From assembly GCA_023380935.1 (NCBI GenBank), contig JAMCST010000009.1:27760-91759 (forward strand): 64,000 bases of DNA. The letters run 5' to 3'. Shown here piece by piece: positions 17,318 to 25,866 of the stretch. The notes below the pieces were generated by a model. That model had not been told where the DNA came from. It saw nothing but the letters and a program-made list of their open reading frames with translations, and ran no database searches. The position numbers and the translations under genes were made by a program. The stretch comes from Patescibacteria group bacterium. Its GTDB lineage: Bacteria; Patescibacteriota; Microgenomatia; UBA1406; GWC2-37-13. Every line of letters begins with the position of its first letter. The stretch's first letter is position 1.

Positions 17318-18258
17318 TGGAGCGCAGTGCGCAAATGGCTAAGATTGTTTTGTTGGACGGTGAAATAGTTCAGGCCGGTCGCCTGTTCGGTTTGGGTCAG
17401 TCCTTCGAGCGGGTTGAACACCAGGGTTTTCGCCCCGACCTCGCGCGCCAGGGTGTCGGCCAGGCGCGGGCTGACTAGGGTCTCAAAGAAAATATAGCGG
17501 ATTTTTTCCCGTTTTGCCAGGTTGACGATTTGGGCCAGCTGCCGGGGCGAGGGTTCCTGGTCGGGGTTGATCCCCTGGATGGCGACCTGGGTCAAGCCGT
17601 ATCGGCGCGCCAGATAACCGAAGGCGGCATGGGAAGTAATGACGTCTTTTTGTTGACAGTGCGCTAATCCTTGTTTGAAGTCCCGGTTGAGTTGCTCCAA
17701 TTTCTGGACCAGGGCCATCCGGTTGGATTCATACTGCGACCGGTGGTTTGGATCGCGCGCCATTAACGCTTTGGCAATCAAATTTACTTCCTGCTGGGCC
17801 AGCACCGGATCAAGCCAGACATGGGGGTCGGTCTGGCTGCGGCCGTCTTCTTTGAGACTCAGGTCGGCCAGGGGTTGGCCGGCGGCCACCACGGCAATCT
17901 TCCGGTCGGTCAACTCCTGATGCAGCCGGTCGGCCCACGGTTCCAGTCCGGCGCCGTTGATCACCAGGACGTCGCTGTTGTCGATGTTTACGATGTCGCC
18001 GACCGTCGGTTCATAGTCGTGCGGCTCGGCTCCGGCTGGAACGAGGTCGGTGACGTCGGCGTTGTCACCGGCGATCTGACTGGTGAAAAAATACAACGGA
18101 TAAAATGAAGCCACGATTTTCAACCGGTGGGACTGGCGGTTTGACTGCTGCGTCCGGATACGGTGTCTGAGAAGATAACCGGCCAAAATGAATAAGCCAA
18201 GTACGCTGGCAGCTAAAATCAGACGTTTCAATGTGATTGGGAATGACGTTTTTGACAT
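17305..18258 (-). CDS. znuA: Metal ABC transporter substrate-binding protein, TroA/ZnuA family
   Basis: 317 aa with an N-terminal TM or signal anchor. Contains SFYPLYFFT, GAEPHDYEP and DPHVWLDP, typical of cluster A-I binding proteins. Confidence 0.88.
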   Translation of the reverse strand: MSKTSFPITLKRLILAASVLGLFILAGYLLRHRIRTQQSNRQSHRLKIVASFYPLYFFTSQIAGDNADVTDLVPAGAEPHDYEPTVGDIVNIDNSDVLVINGAGLEPWADRLHQELTDRKIAVVAAGQPLADLSLKEDGRSQTDPHVWLDPVLAQQEVNLIAKALMARDPNHRSQYESNRMALVQKLEQLNRDFKQGLAHCQQKDVITSHAAFGYLARRYGLTQVAIQGINPDQEPSPRQLAQIVNLAKREKIRYIFFETLVSPRLADTLAREVGAKTLVFNPLEGLTQTEQATGLNYFTVQQNNLSHLRTALQCRQ

Positions 18259-18656
18259 CGATGACAGTCGCCAAAAAATTCTAAATTATGGCGCCGGATA
18301 AAAAAGTCGCTCTGGCGGTCGACCAGTTTCAGCAGTTGTTCCTCTTTGATTATCACATCCTCGACCCGGCCGCAACCGTCGCAGACCAGGTGATGATGAT
18401 GGCGCGTTGAATCCAGTTCGTAACGGGCGGTTTGTTCCTGAAACCGGGTTTTCAGTACGAGATTAAGAGAAACGCAGCGGTCAAGTACTCGGTAAACCGT
18501 GGCCCGGTCGATGCGGATATTTTTCCGGCGCAGGCGCTGGAAAATGGCGCCGGCGCTTTGAGGAGAATCGGTCAATCCGCCCAGCACCTGGTCAAGTTGG
18601 CGGGTCAGGCGCAGTCCGTTTTCCCGCAGTTGGTGTTTGATGGCCGTCCGGTTCAT
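18228..18656 (-). CDS. zur: Fur-family metalloregulator, probably Zur
   Basis: Contains the DNA-binding helix RATVYRVL, HHHHLVCDGCGRVEDV and a C-terminal CHRC metal site. It is adjacent to znuACB. The ORF track starts at a TTG (18683). The ATG at 18656 is preferred because a promoter-like and palindromic element fills 18663-18691. Confidence 0.85.
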   Translation of the reverse strand: MNRTAIKHQLRENGLRLTRQLDQVLGGLTDSPQSAGAIFQRLRRKNIRIDRATVYRVLDRCVSLNLVLKTRFQEQTARYELDSTRHHHHLVCDGCGRVEDVIIKEEQLLKLVDRQSDFFIRRHNLEFFGDCHRCQKRHSQSH

Positions 18657-18662
18657 TGGCAA

Positions 18663-18691
18663 ATTATTGCATATTAGTCGCAATAAGTCAA
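18663..18691 (-). promoter_or_regulatory. Candidate promoter with overlapping palindrome (possible Zur box) between greA and zur
   Basis: The minus strand reads TTGACT (18691-18686), a 17-nt spacer, then AATAAT (18668-18663). The perfect inverted repeat TTATTGC-N9-GCAATAA occupies 18664-18686. The ATG at 18656 lies 6 nt after the -10 element. Confidence 0.35.
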
Positions 18692-19149
18692 GAAGGCTTG
18701 ATTTTTATGATTTGATAAGTGAATTTTCCGGAAGGAAGATCGACGCTGACCGTTTCCCCCACCCGTTGTCCCAGCAATGCCCGGCCGACCGGCGACCGGT
18801 AGGAAATTTTATTGTTAAGCGGATCGGCTTCGTAGTCGCCCACCAGATGGAACTCTTGGGCTTGGTTATTATCATTAACCACCGTGACTGAAAATCCGAC
18901 CTGCACCGTTGATGCGGAGCGGGTTTGAGGAAGGCGGGCCGTTTTTAATATCCGTTCCAACTGGCGCAAACGCCGATCAATGCCGGACAGCCGCCAGCGG
19001 GCAGCCCGGTAGGCGCCGTTTTCGCTCAGGTCTCCCAGGGCGCGCGCCGTCTGCAGCTCGGAAACTGCCCCGGGGCGTTTTTCCCGGAGCTGTTTTAACT
19101 CTTGTTTAGCCGCCGCATAACCGGCCGCCGTCATGATGACCCATTTCAT
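18688..19149 (-). CDS. greA: Transcription elongation factor GreA
   Basis: 153 aa. It has the N-terminal coiled-coil region with GDLSENGAYRAAR and a C-terminal FKBP-like domain (ISYRSPVGRALLG). Confidence 0.9.
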   Translation of the reverse strand: MKWVIMTAAGYAAAKQELKQLREKRPGAVSELQTARALGDLSENGAYRAARWRLSGIDRRLRQLERILKTARLPQTRSASTVQVGFSVTVVNDNNQAQEFHLVGDYEADPLNNKISYRSPVGRALLGQRVGETVSVDLPSGKFTYQIIKIKPS

Positions 19150-19255
19150 TTTTTTATTCTACCACGGGAAGGTAAACAGCGCGCACACTATAAAAACAGC
19201 CAAATTTATATTGAGTATGTTAGGGCGTTTTAATGGTCTAAAAGTTATTTATTAC

Positions 19256-19284
19256 TTGACAAATACTAAGCAACCAGCTACACT
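19256..19284 (+). promoter_or_regulatory. Sigma70-like promoter upstream of the small ORF/rusA pair
   Basis: TTGACA (19256-19261), a 17-nt spacer, then TACACT (19279-19284), located in an AT-rich intergenic region. Confidence 0.3.
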
Positions 19285-19374
19285 AAAGTGACTATTTAAT
19301 TACTATATAATCTAGAGAAAAGCCCTACTAAAGGTTTGCTAATAGTAATTAGTAATTTTAGATTTACTATATAA

Positions 19375-19539
19375 ATGAAAGCTTCAAAAGGACCGGAGTT
19401 AGTCGTGATAGCTACAAAATACAAAAACCGAGCACTTCGGGTCGATTATTATACTAAATCCGGTAAACCAGTTTCTAAAGAAAAAGTTATCAGAGAAACT
19501 GATAGTAAAGGTGCAGTAAGGTATTACTGTTCTATTTAA
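19375..19539 (+). CDS. Small hypothetical protein (54 aa) translationally coupled to rusA-like gene
   Basis: ATG at 19375. The stop TAA overlaps the next ATG as TAATG at 19537-19541. The peptide is MKASKGPELVVIATKYKNRALRVDYYTKSGKPV... The ORF is below the ORF-track length cutoff. Confidence 0.4.
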   Translation: MKASKGPELVVIATKYKNRALRVDYYTKSGKPVSKEKVIRETDSKGAVRYYCSI

Positions 19540-20054
19540 TGGGCAAGAAAAAACTCCCTCTACAGGGATACGATTTTTACACTGGGGTTTTAAACCTTAT
19601 CCCAACTACAACAGAAGCCTATATTAAGTGTGGAAAATGTCCGGAAACCATCGTTAAAAGAAGAAAACACGAATTAAGAGACCTATATAAGAAAATGCTA
19701 CTTTCTTCTATATCTTATCGGCTTACAGAAATACAACAGCGACAATTTCCAACAGAAAACGAAGTTCTTGTTTTTATTGTCCAGTATTTCATTTCCAAAA
19801 AAGATTACGATTCTACAGATCTAGATAATATGGCAAAAACTATATTAGACATTCTTAAAGGACAACTATATAGTGATGATCGTCAAGTGCGGGTATTATT
19901 AATACTAAAGAAAATGATAGACAAATTAATACCGCAAAATTATACCTTTATTGCTGTTAAGGAATTGAAAGACGATAAAGATTCTACCCTAACGCAAGTG
20001 GCCGGGATTGAAAGATCGATATCAGAATATCACGAAACAAGAAAAAGGGCTTAA
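19539..20054 (+). CDS. rusA: RusA-family crossover junction endodeoxyribonuclease-like protein
   Basis: 171 aa. STDLDNMAKTILDILKGQLYSDDRQVRVLLILK matches the RusA D-x-D-N...DD.Q core. The gene is AT-rich relative to its neighbours. Confidence 0.6.
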   Translation: MGKKKLPLQGYDFYTGVLNLIPTTTEAYIKCGKCPETIVKRRKHELRDLYKKMLLSSISYRLTEIQQRQFPTENEVLVFIVQYFISKKDYDSTDLDNMAKTILDILKGQLYSDDRQVRVLLILKKMIDKLIPQNYTFIAVKELKDDKDSTLTQVAGIERSISEYHETRKRA

Positions 20055-20140
20055 CGTTCTTAAACTTGTTTAAGAAACGTTAGAGTAAAAGAAGTAATTC
20101 TCTTCAAGTATTTCAAACAAACGGTGATCATAAATTGGTA

Positions 20141-20168
20141 TTGACTTTTTGTGAAAATACACAATAAT
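20141..20168 (+). promoter_or_regulatory. Sigma70-like promoter upstream of the ATP-grasp genes
   Basis: TTGACT (20141-20146), a 16-nt spacer, then AATAAT (20163-20168). This argues for the ATG at 20187 rather than the GTG at 20151. Confidence 0.3.
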
Positions 20169-20186
20169 GTTAATGTTTTATTATTC

Positions 20187-21281
20187 ATGAAAAAAAACCG
20201 CAGCAAAAAAAAAGTCAAAAAACCCCCCTTAAATTCTTATCACCACGATTTTCCCAAAAAGGTTGTTGTCATTTATAGTGAGGTAAGACGGGAATACTTT
20301 CCCACCGAGGATCAGTACATTACCGAGAAGGATGCGTTGAAAGAGGCCGAAGTGATTGCCGATTATCTCAAGCGCCTCAAACTGCAGGTACAGCTGTATC
20401 CGGGAACGCCGCGGTTGCCACTGCAATTGCAGCGCCACCGGCCCGACGTCGTGCTTAATCTGGTTGCCTCGGTCAAGGGTAACGAATATCTGGCCGCGAC
20501 CATTCCCGCCATGCTCGAGTTTCTGGAGATCCCGTACACCGGCGGCGGCATCTTGGGCGAGTCGTTGTCATATAACAAGTTTCTCATCCGTAAACTGCTC
20601 CAACAGAACGGGATCCCGGTTCCCTACTATCAGCTTTTCAATAGTCATACCGATCCGCTTGATCCCAATCTGCGTTTTCCTCTCATTTCCAAACTGAACG
20701 AAATTCACGGGGCGGTAGAGATCACGAAAGATGCGGTGTCGGAAAACGAAAGGCACCTGCGCGAGCGCGTCAAGTTTCTCATCAAGACCTATCATCAACC
20801 GGTACTGGTGGAAGAATTCATCGTCGGCCGGGAAATCACCGCGCTGCTGTTTGAGGGGTTGAACAAAAAAGTCTATCTGGCGGAAAAAGTATTCAATCAG
20901 ACGGTTGGGAAATATAAATTTGCCTCATTCGAGCTCCAGTGGTTGGAAAAAAACAAAGACGCCATCGCTTACCAGAAACACGAGGATGACCTGTTGAAGG
21001 AATACGTCAAGCGGGCGTTTGAGATTACCCGGATGTCGGATTACGGAAAGTTCGACGTGCGCCTGGACAGCTCCGGCCGTTACTATTTCATCGACGCCAA
21101 CAGTAACCCGGCCTTCGGGCCGAAGGAAAACGCCTGCGCCATGGGATCATTGCTTGACATGTACGAGATCCCTTTTAGCGAAATTCTCAAGCGTCTGTTG
21201 CTCAATACGATGCGCGACGCCGCCGGAAAAAAATTATTGCCGTTGACCCCCAACGGCGATTACGCCAATCATGGAAAATAA
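20187..21281 (+). CDS. ATP-grasp ligase, D-alanine--D-alanine ligase-like family
   Basis: It has a pre-ATP-grasp domain (VVVIYSEV...DVVLNLV...LEIPYTGG), an ATP-grasp core (FPLISKLNEIHGAVEI...LVEEFIVGREIT) and the C-terminal YGKFDVRLDSSGRYYFIDANSNP. Confidence 0.8.
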   Translation: MKKNRSKKKVKKPPLNSYHHDFPKKVVVIYSEVRREYFPTEDQYITEKDALKEAEVIADYLKRLKLQVQLYPGTPRLPLQLQRHRPDVVLNLVASVKGNEYLAATIPAMLEFLEIPYTGGGILGESLSYNKFLIRKLLQQNGIPVPYYQLFNSHTDPLDPNLRFPLISKLNEIHGAVEITKDAVSENERHLRERVKFLIKTYHQPVLVEEFIVGREITALLFEGLNKKVYLAEKVFNQTVGKYKFASFELQWLEKNKDAIAYQKHEDDLLKEYVKRAFEITRMSDYGKFDVRLDSSGRYYFIDANSNPAFGPKENACAMGSLLDMYEIPFSEILKRLLLNTMRDAAGKKLLPLTPNGDYANHGK

Positions 21282-23670
21282 AACCCTACTGGTCGTCGGC
21301 ACCGGTTACCCGCAAAAACGGTTTGTCCTCCAGCGCATCAAAAAACTAGGTGTAACGGCGATCATCCTCAACCAGGAAAAGAACTGGGCCTTGCCCTATG
21401 CCGATTACTGGATTGTGGCGGACAACAACCATCATGCCGAGGCGATCCAGGCGGTGGAAAATTTTCTCAACGACCATCCCCAGGTGAAGATCGATGGCGT
21501 GATTACCTATTGGGAAGACGACGTGTTGCTGACCGCCAAACTGGCGGAGAAACTGAAACTGATCGGTATCCCCTACGCCATCGCCAAAAAAACCCGCAAC
21601 AAAGCGCTGTTTAGAAAATTCTGCAGCGAAAACCACATTCCCGCGCCGCAGTTCAAAATCATCAGGAACAGCGACGATTTGATTTCCGTGAAAAAGAAAT
21701 TCGGCTTCCCGTTGGTGATAAAACCGGTTTTCGGTTCCAGCAGCGCCTACGTCGTCAAGATTGAAGACAAGGAAGAATTGGAAGAGACTTACCAATATGT
21801 GAGAAATAACCTCTCGTCCCAGGTAGAGTCGGCCTTGAACGACGGCAGTGAAATCATGGTTGAGGAATATATCGATGGTGACGAGGTGGACATCGATATT
21901 CTCATCCAAAACGGTAAAATCAAATTCTATACCATCTCGGACAACGACCAGACCGATGAGCCGTTTTTCGTGGAAACCGGCCGGCAGACGCCGTCCAGCC
22001 TCCCGGAAAAAAACCAGGCCGAGTTGATGGAAATGGCCGAAGAAACCCTGGAAAAGCTGGGGATCCAGAACGGCTGCATCCATTTTGAGGCCAAATCGAC
22101 CAAAAAAGGCGCGTTTCCTTTGGAGGTGAATCTGCGTTTGGGAGGTGACGAGATCTATAGTTCGGTCAAGCAGGCCTGGAGCGTTGATTTGATCGAGAAC
22201 GCCGTCAAGATCGCGTTCGGCGAGTATATCAAAATCAAAAAACCGGACATCCCGCTCCGCTATGTGGTCAGCCGCGATTTTCTTTCCGTTCATTCCGGCC
22301 TGTTGGCCGAGTTTGAGGTTGACCCCGGAATAAAAAAACTGCGTCAGGTGGACCAGGTCCATTTCCATAAAAAAATCGGCGAGGCGGTATTGGTGCCTCC
22401 GGAAGGATACGAATACCTGGGTTGGATTTCCGTCACCGGAGAAAATGCCATCGATGCCGGGGACAATCTCCAGGAAGCGATGAAAAAAATCTCCTATCGC
22501 GTGGCCAAGTTCGATCCGGCCTCATCGATCGGGAAAACGACGCGGCTCAACTCGTTTTCCAGCGCCGCGTTGAGAAAAGATTTGTTGCGCGGCGCGGCGA
22601 AAATCGAGACGATCCGGCGGATCTCCCGAAAAAACCAGCGCAAGCTCCATATCGGCATTGCTTGTAACATCTACGAAAAGGAAACGAATTCGGTGGAGCA
22701 GGACCTGATGTCGGTCGGAAAAAACATCCAGAAGACGCTGGAAAAGCGCGGTTACCGCATCAGTTTTTTTGATTTCAACAACCTGCCTCAGGTATTTAAC
22801 GAGCTGCGTCGTTCCAACGTCGACATTGTCTTTAACGTCTGCGAACGGATCAATGACTCGAGTTTGTTGGAACCGCACGCCGCCTCGATTCTCGACACGC
22901 TGCAAATTCCCTACACCGGCTCCAATCCGTTCACCCTGGCGCTGTGCATCGACAAGATCCGCGTCAAAAAACTGCTGGCGTTTCACGATATTCCCACGCC
23001 CCGCTGGGATTATGCCTATACCATTGATGACGAGCTGGATGATTCGTTGAAGTTCCCCCTGATAGTAAAGCCCGGCAACACCGACAACTCAATCGGCATC
23101 ACCAACGACTCGGTGGTCACCAACAGCCAAGAACTGGAAAAACAATTGAAAAAAATTATCGTTGACGTCGGCCGGCCGGCGCTGATCGAGGAGTATATCG
23201 AGGGCGACGAATACGACGTCTCGATCATCGGCAGCGACGAGACCGACCTGCGCGTCCTGCCCCTGTCCCGCTCGATCTTCAAGAACCTGCCGCAGGGCTA
23301 CTGGCACATCTACCCGTTTGCCGCCAAATGGGACGAGGATGAAATATATGACCGGTGTATCGTGGTGCAGCGGCCGCCGAAGATCGACAAAAAACTGGAG
23401 TCGCTCATCAGCGAGATCGCCTTGGATACCTATAATATTCTTGACTGTCATGACTACGGCCGGGTGGAAATCCGAGTTGATAAAAACGACAATCCTTACG
23501 TATTGGAATTGAATCCCAACCCTTCGATTAATATCGGCGACTGCGTTCCCAACTGCGCCAAAATGGTCGGGATGGACTACGGCGACTTTATCGAGGAAAT
23601 CGTCAGCATGGCGGTGCGGCGCTACAAAAACCGGCCACCCTACTACCATCTCCAGACCAATCTGCTATAA
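21271..23670 (+). CDS. Two-module ATP-grasp protein: N-terminal ATP-grasp_4/L-amino-acid-ligase-like module plus C-terminal Ddl-like module
   Basis: 799 aa. The N-terminal half carries FGFPLVIKPVFGSSSAYVVKI and IMVEEYIDGDEVDIDIL. The C-terminal half carries DIVFNVC, LQIPYTGS, FPLIVKPGNTDNSIGI, LIEEYIEGDEYDVSIIG and YGRVEIRVDKNDNPYVLELNPNP. The start overlaps the previous gene by 11 nt. Confidence 0.8.
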   Translation: MENKTLLVVGTGYPQKRFVLQRIKKLGVTAIILNQEKNWALPYADYWIVADNNHHAEAIQAVENFLNDHPQVKIDGVITYWEDDVLLTAKLAEKLKLIGIPYAIAKKTRNKALFRKFCSENHIPAPQFKIIRNSDDLISVKKKFGFPLVIKPVFGSSSAYVVKIEDKEELEETYQYVRNNLSSQVESALNDGSEIMVEEYIDGDEVDIDILIQNGKIKFYTISDNDQTDEPFFVETGRQTPSSLPEKNQAELMEMAEETLEKLGIQNGCIHFEAKSTKKGAFPLEVNLRLGGDEIYSSVKQAWSVDLIENAVKIAFGEYIKIKKPDIPLRYVVSRDFLSVHSGLLAEFEVDPGIKKLRQVDQVHFHKKIGEAVLVPPEGYEYLGWISVTGENAIDAGDNLQEAMKKISYRVAKFDPASSIGKTTRLNSFSSAALRKDLLRGAAKIETIRRISRKNQRKLHIGIACNIYEKETNSVEQDLMSVGKNIQKTLEKRGYRISFFDFNNLPQVFNELRRSNVDIVFNVCERINDSSLLEPHAASILDTLQIPYTGSNPFTLALCIDKIRVKKLLAFHDIPTPRWDYAYTIDDELDDSLKFPLIVKPGNTDNSIGITNDSVVTNSQELEKQLKKIIVDVGRPALIEEYIEGDEYDVSIIGSDETDLRVLPLSRSIFKNLPQGYWHIYPFAAKWDEDEIYDRCIVVQRPPKIDKKLESLISEIALDTYNILDCHDYGRVEIRVDKNDNPYVLELNPNPSINIGDCVPNCAKMVGMDYGDFIEEIVSMAVRRYKNRPPYYHLQTNLL

Positions 23671-23697
23671 TATAGTTTTGTTTGATTAATTTATACT

Positions 23698-24537
23698 ATG
23701 GGATATTCAACTGAACATATCGGTCGACCTGATCGAACCACCTGGTTAAATCTGGCCAGCTATATGGTGGCACATCAAGATCATTTCTCTACCCCAATCG
23801 GTCGGGAGAGCAAAGACCACTTTGTCTGGCATGATTTTAAAAATACCTTAGGTTATCCTTATGCGATAGCCAGCCACTTGTACCCAAGGTTGGTGAAAAA
23901 TTTTTCGCTTGGCGCGGATAATCCCAATGAAAGACTAGAAGGAGTAGAGTTTGTTTTGACATTGGCCGCTGCCGCCGACCCCATGGATCAAAGACTGGCC
24001 AGGATAGTTTCTGACGCACGCGGCGTTACCCAGCAGGCAAAGGCGATGCTGGCGATGTTTCCTGTTTTAGCCAGTTCAGTGCGTTTTCTTAACCAACCCG
24101 ACTTCAGAGAATTTAAGCGGCTATTCTCTCAGGCTGTTGCCTTATCCACGGTTTTAACGGCGGCCGGGGTGGATCCGCAACTATATTACCGTCCTTCCGG
24201 CTACGACGGACAGGTAAACGGAACCCAGGCAATAATTGCCTATAATCTCGCCACCAACGCCGCCAAGGCGCAAAGAGAGGTAAGCGAAGACGAGTTCCAT
24301 CTTGTTCCGGTCGGGGTGGCAGCGACAAGTAGGGACGTTCACATTGTCAACCAATCCCGGCAACCGTTTGTCCTTGACGTTAATCGTCTTCCTTTCTTTC
24401 CGGAAGGAGACAGACAAGACCATATTGGTTTAATGATCGCTAAAGCTTATGCCGGTATTACCGGAGCCACCATCGAAGGAACCTCGACGCCCGCTCAAGC
24501 GAGTTACCATCACGTTTTATCGACGGTTCGTTGGTAA
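23698..24537 (+). CDS. Hypothetical protein (279 aa), no recognisable domain
   Basis: A clean ORF starting 27 nt after the ATP-grasp gene on the same strand. No TM helix or signal peptide is evident. Confidence 0.6.
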   Translation: MGYSTEHIGRPDRTTWLNLASYMVAHQDHFSTPIGRESKDHFVWHDFKNTLGYPYAIASHLYPRLVKNFSLGADNPNERLEGVEFVLTLAAAADPMDQRLARIVSDARGVTQQAKAMLAMFPVLASSVRFLNQPDFREFKRLFSQAVALSTVLTAAGVDPQLYYRPSGYDGQVNGTQAIIAYNLATNAAKAQREVSEDEFHLVPVGVAATSRDVHIVNQSRQPFVLDVNRLPFFPEGDRQDHIGLMIAKAYAGITGATIEGTSTPAQASYHHVLSTVRW

Positions 24538-25830
24538 GGGTAATCTTCGCAGATAGCGTGCCGATGCACCGCTCAAGATAATGCAGGCAATGACCAGGGC
24601 CACGGCAATTACCACCGGCGGCGCCCGCACTCCGTATGTCGGAATGAATCCGTAGCAACCAACGGCAATCGTCAGGAAAAAGATAACGTTAGCCACCAGG
24701 ATGACCTGGGGTTTTTTGACGGTGTAAAGAATAAACAGCAGCGGCAAATTAATCAGGGTAAACAGAATAAAGGGCAGGCTAAGCATTTTGGTGATCATGG
24801 CGGTCTGGGCGTATTTGGTGGTGAAAAACAGATAATATACCTGGTTGGGTAACAGGAACAGCGCCAGGAATAGTCCGGAGGGTAGAGCCAGGTAAAGCAG
24901 GCCGGTTTTCAGATGGTGCAACACTTCGGCGCGCGTTTTCGCTTTGGAAAACAGCGGCGACAGTACCTGGGTGATGCTGGTGACCGAGGTGATCACGGTC
25001 AATATGATTTTCTGCGCCAGGCCGTAGTAGCCAACCTCGGTTTTGGAGCGAAAGTACGACAAAAGGAACAGGTCGGTGCGCAGCGACAGGTTGTAAAACT
25101 GCGACGCGAGAAAATAAGTCAGGGTGTATCGGAAACGAAATTCCTTCCGGTCAACTCCGGCCTTAATGACGCTGAAGACCAGCGCCTTTTTTTTGACGAA
25201 TAACAAGGCAAAAAATACCGTCGGCCCGACGATCCCGAATACGAACAGCACCAGGCCGATGGAAACGTGACCGACCAGCGCCCAGCCGACAATGACCGCG
25301 GCTTTAACCAGGTTGGCGGCGTTAAGATAGAGGTTGGCCGGGAAAAACCGTTTGGCGGCAAACAACAAGTTGAGCCCGGTGTTTTGCCAGATGAAAAACA
25401 TCACCATGGCCGCGGTCAGGTAGAGTTCCCAGACCGGCGCGCCGGTCTTGAAAAAAAACCGGTCCAGCCACGGAAAAAACACCAACAGCAGCGCAACCAC
25501 CACCGAGGAAAAAAGCGACTGGTAAAAAAACATCGTTTTGACAAACCGGTGAATCGATTCGTCTTTTTTGTCAAGCAGCGGCGGCAGATAGGAGTAGATC
25601 GTAGCGGTGGTGCCGAAGTCGAGCAGATTGGCCAGCACATAGGCGATGCTTAACAGGACGGTAAGGACGCCATACTGGGCCGGCGTCATGATCCGTACCA
25701 GCAACAGGGCGAAAAACGCCGTGAACACGACGTTAAGGTAGTTGCCGGCGGTATTGACGATCACATGGCGACTGGTGGGGCGCTTGACAAAACCGACTAG
25801 GGTGGGGATCATGAGACTATATTGTAGCAA
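24517..25830 (-). CDS. Oligosaccharide/polysaccharide flippase, MOP superfamily (Wzx-like)
   Basis: 437 aa, about 12 TM helices. The N-terminal pattern NTAGNYLNVVFTAFFALLLVRIMTPAQYGV is typical of the polysaccharide biosynthesis protein family. Confidence 0.75.
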   Translation of the reverse strand: MLQYSLMIPTLVGFVKRPTSRHVIVNTAGNYLNVVFTAFFALLLVRIMTPAQYGVLTVLLSIAYVLANLLDFGTTATIYSYLPPLLDKKDESIHRFVKTMFFYQSLFSSVVVALLLVFFPWLDRFFFKTGAPVWELYLTAAMVMFFIWQNTGLNLLFAAKRFFPANLYLNAANLVKAAVIVGWALVGHVSIGLVLFVFGIVGPTVFFALLFVKKKALVFSVIKAGVDRKEFRFRYTLTYFLASQFYNLSLRTDLFLLSYFRSKTEVGYYGLAQKIILTVITSVTSITQVLSPLFSKAKTRAEVLHHLKTGLLYLALPSGLFLALFLLPNQVYYLFFTTKYAQTAMITKMLSLPFILFTLINLPLLFILYTVKKPQVILVANVIFFLTIAVGCYGFIPTYGVRAPPVVIAVALVIACIILSGASARYLRRLPLPTNRR

Positions 25831-25866
25831 AATCGTGATCCGGACGGTTATGTTATATTATTTAAT

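Noticed and set aside
19375-19539. Small ORF considered as a RiPP (graspetide) precursor for the downstream ATP-grasp enzymes
   Set aside because: It is translationally coupled to the RusA-like gene instead. A hairpin and a separate promoter-like element separate it from the ATP-grasp genes. The ligases also look Ddl/LAL-like rather than MdnB/MdnC-like.
21346-22368. 340-aa minus-strand ORF inside the two-module ATP-grasp gene
   Set aside because: It is an antisense shadow. The plus-strand frame carries clear ATP-grasp motifs, and the minus-strand product is repetitive (F/L/V/G/D-rich) without recognisable features. The same reasoning applies to 22522-22986 and 23089-23649.
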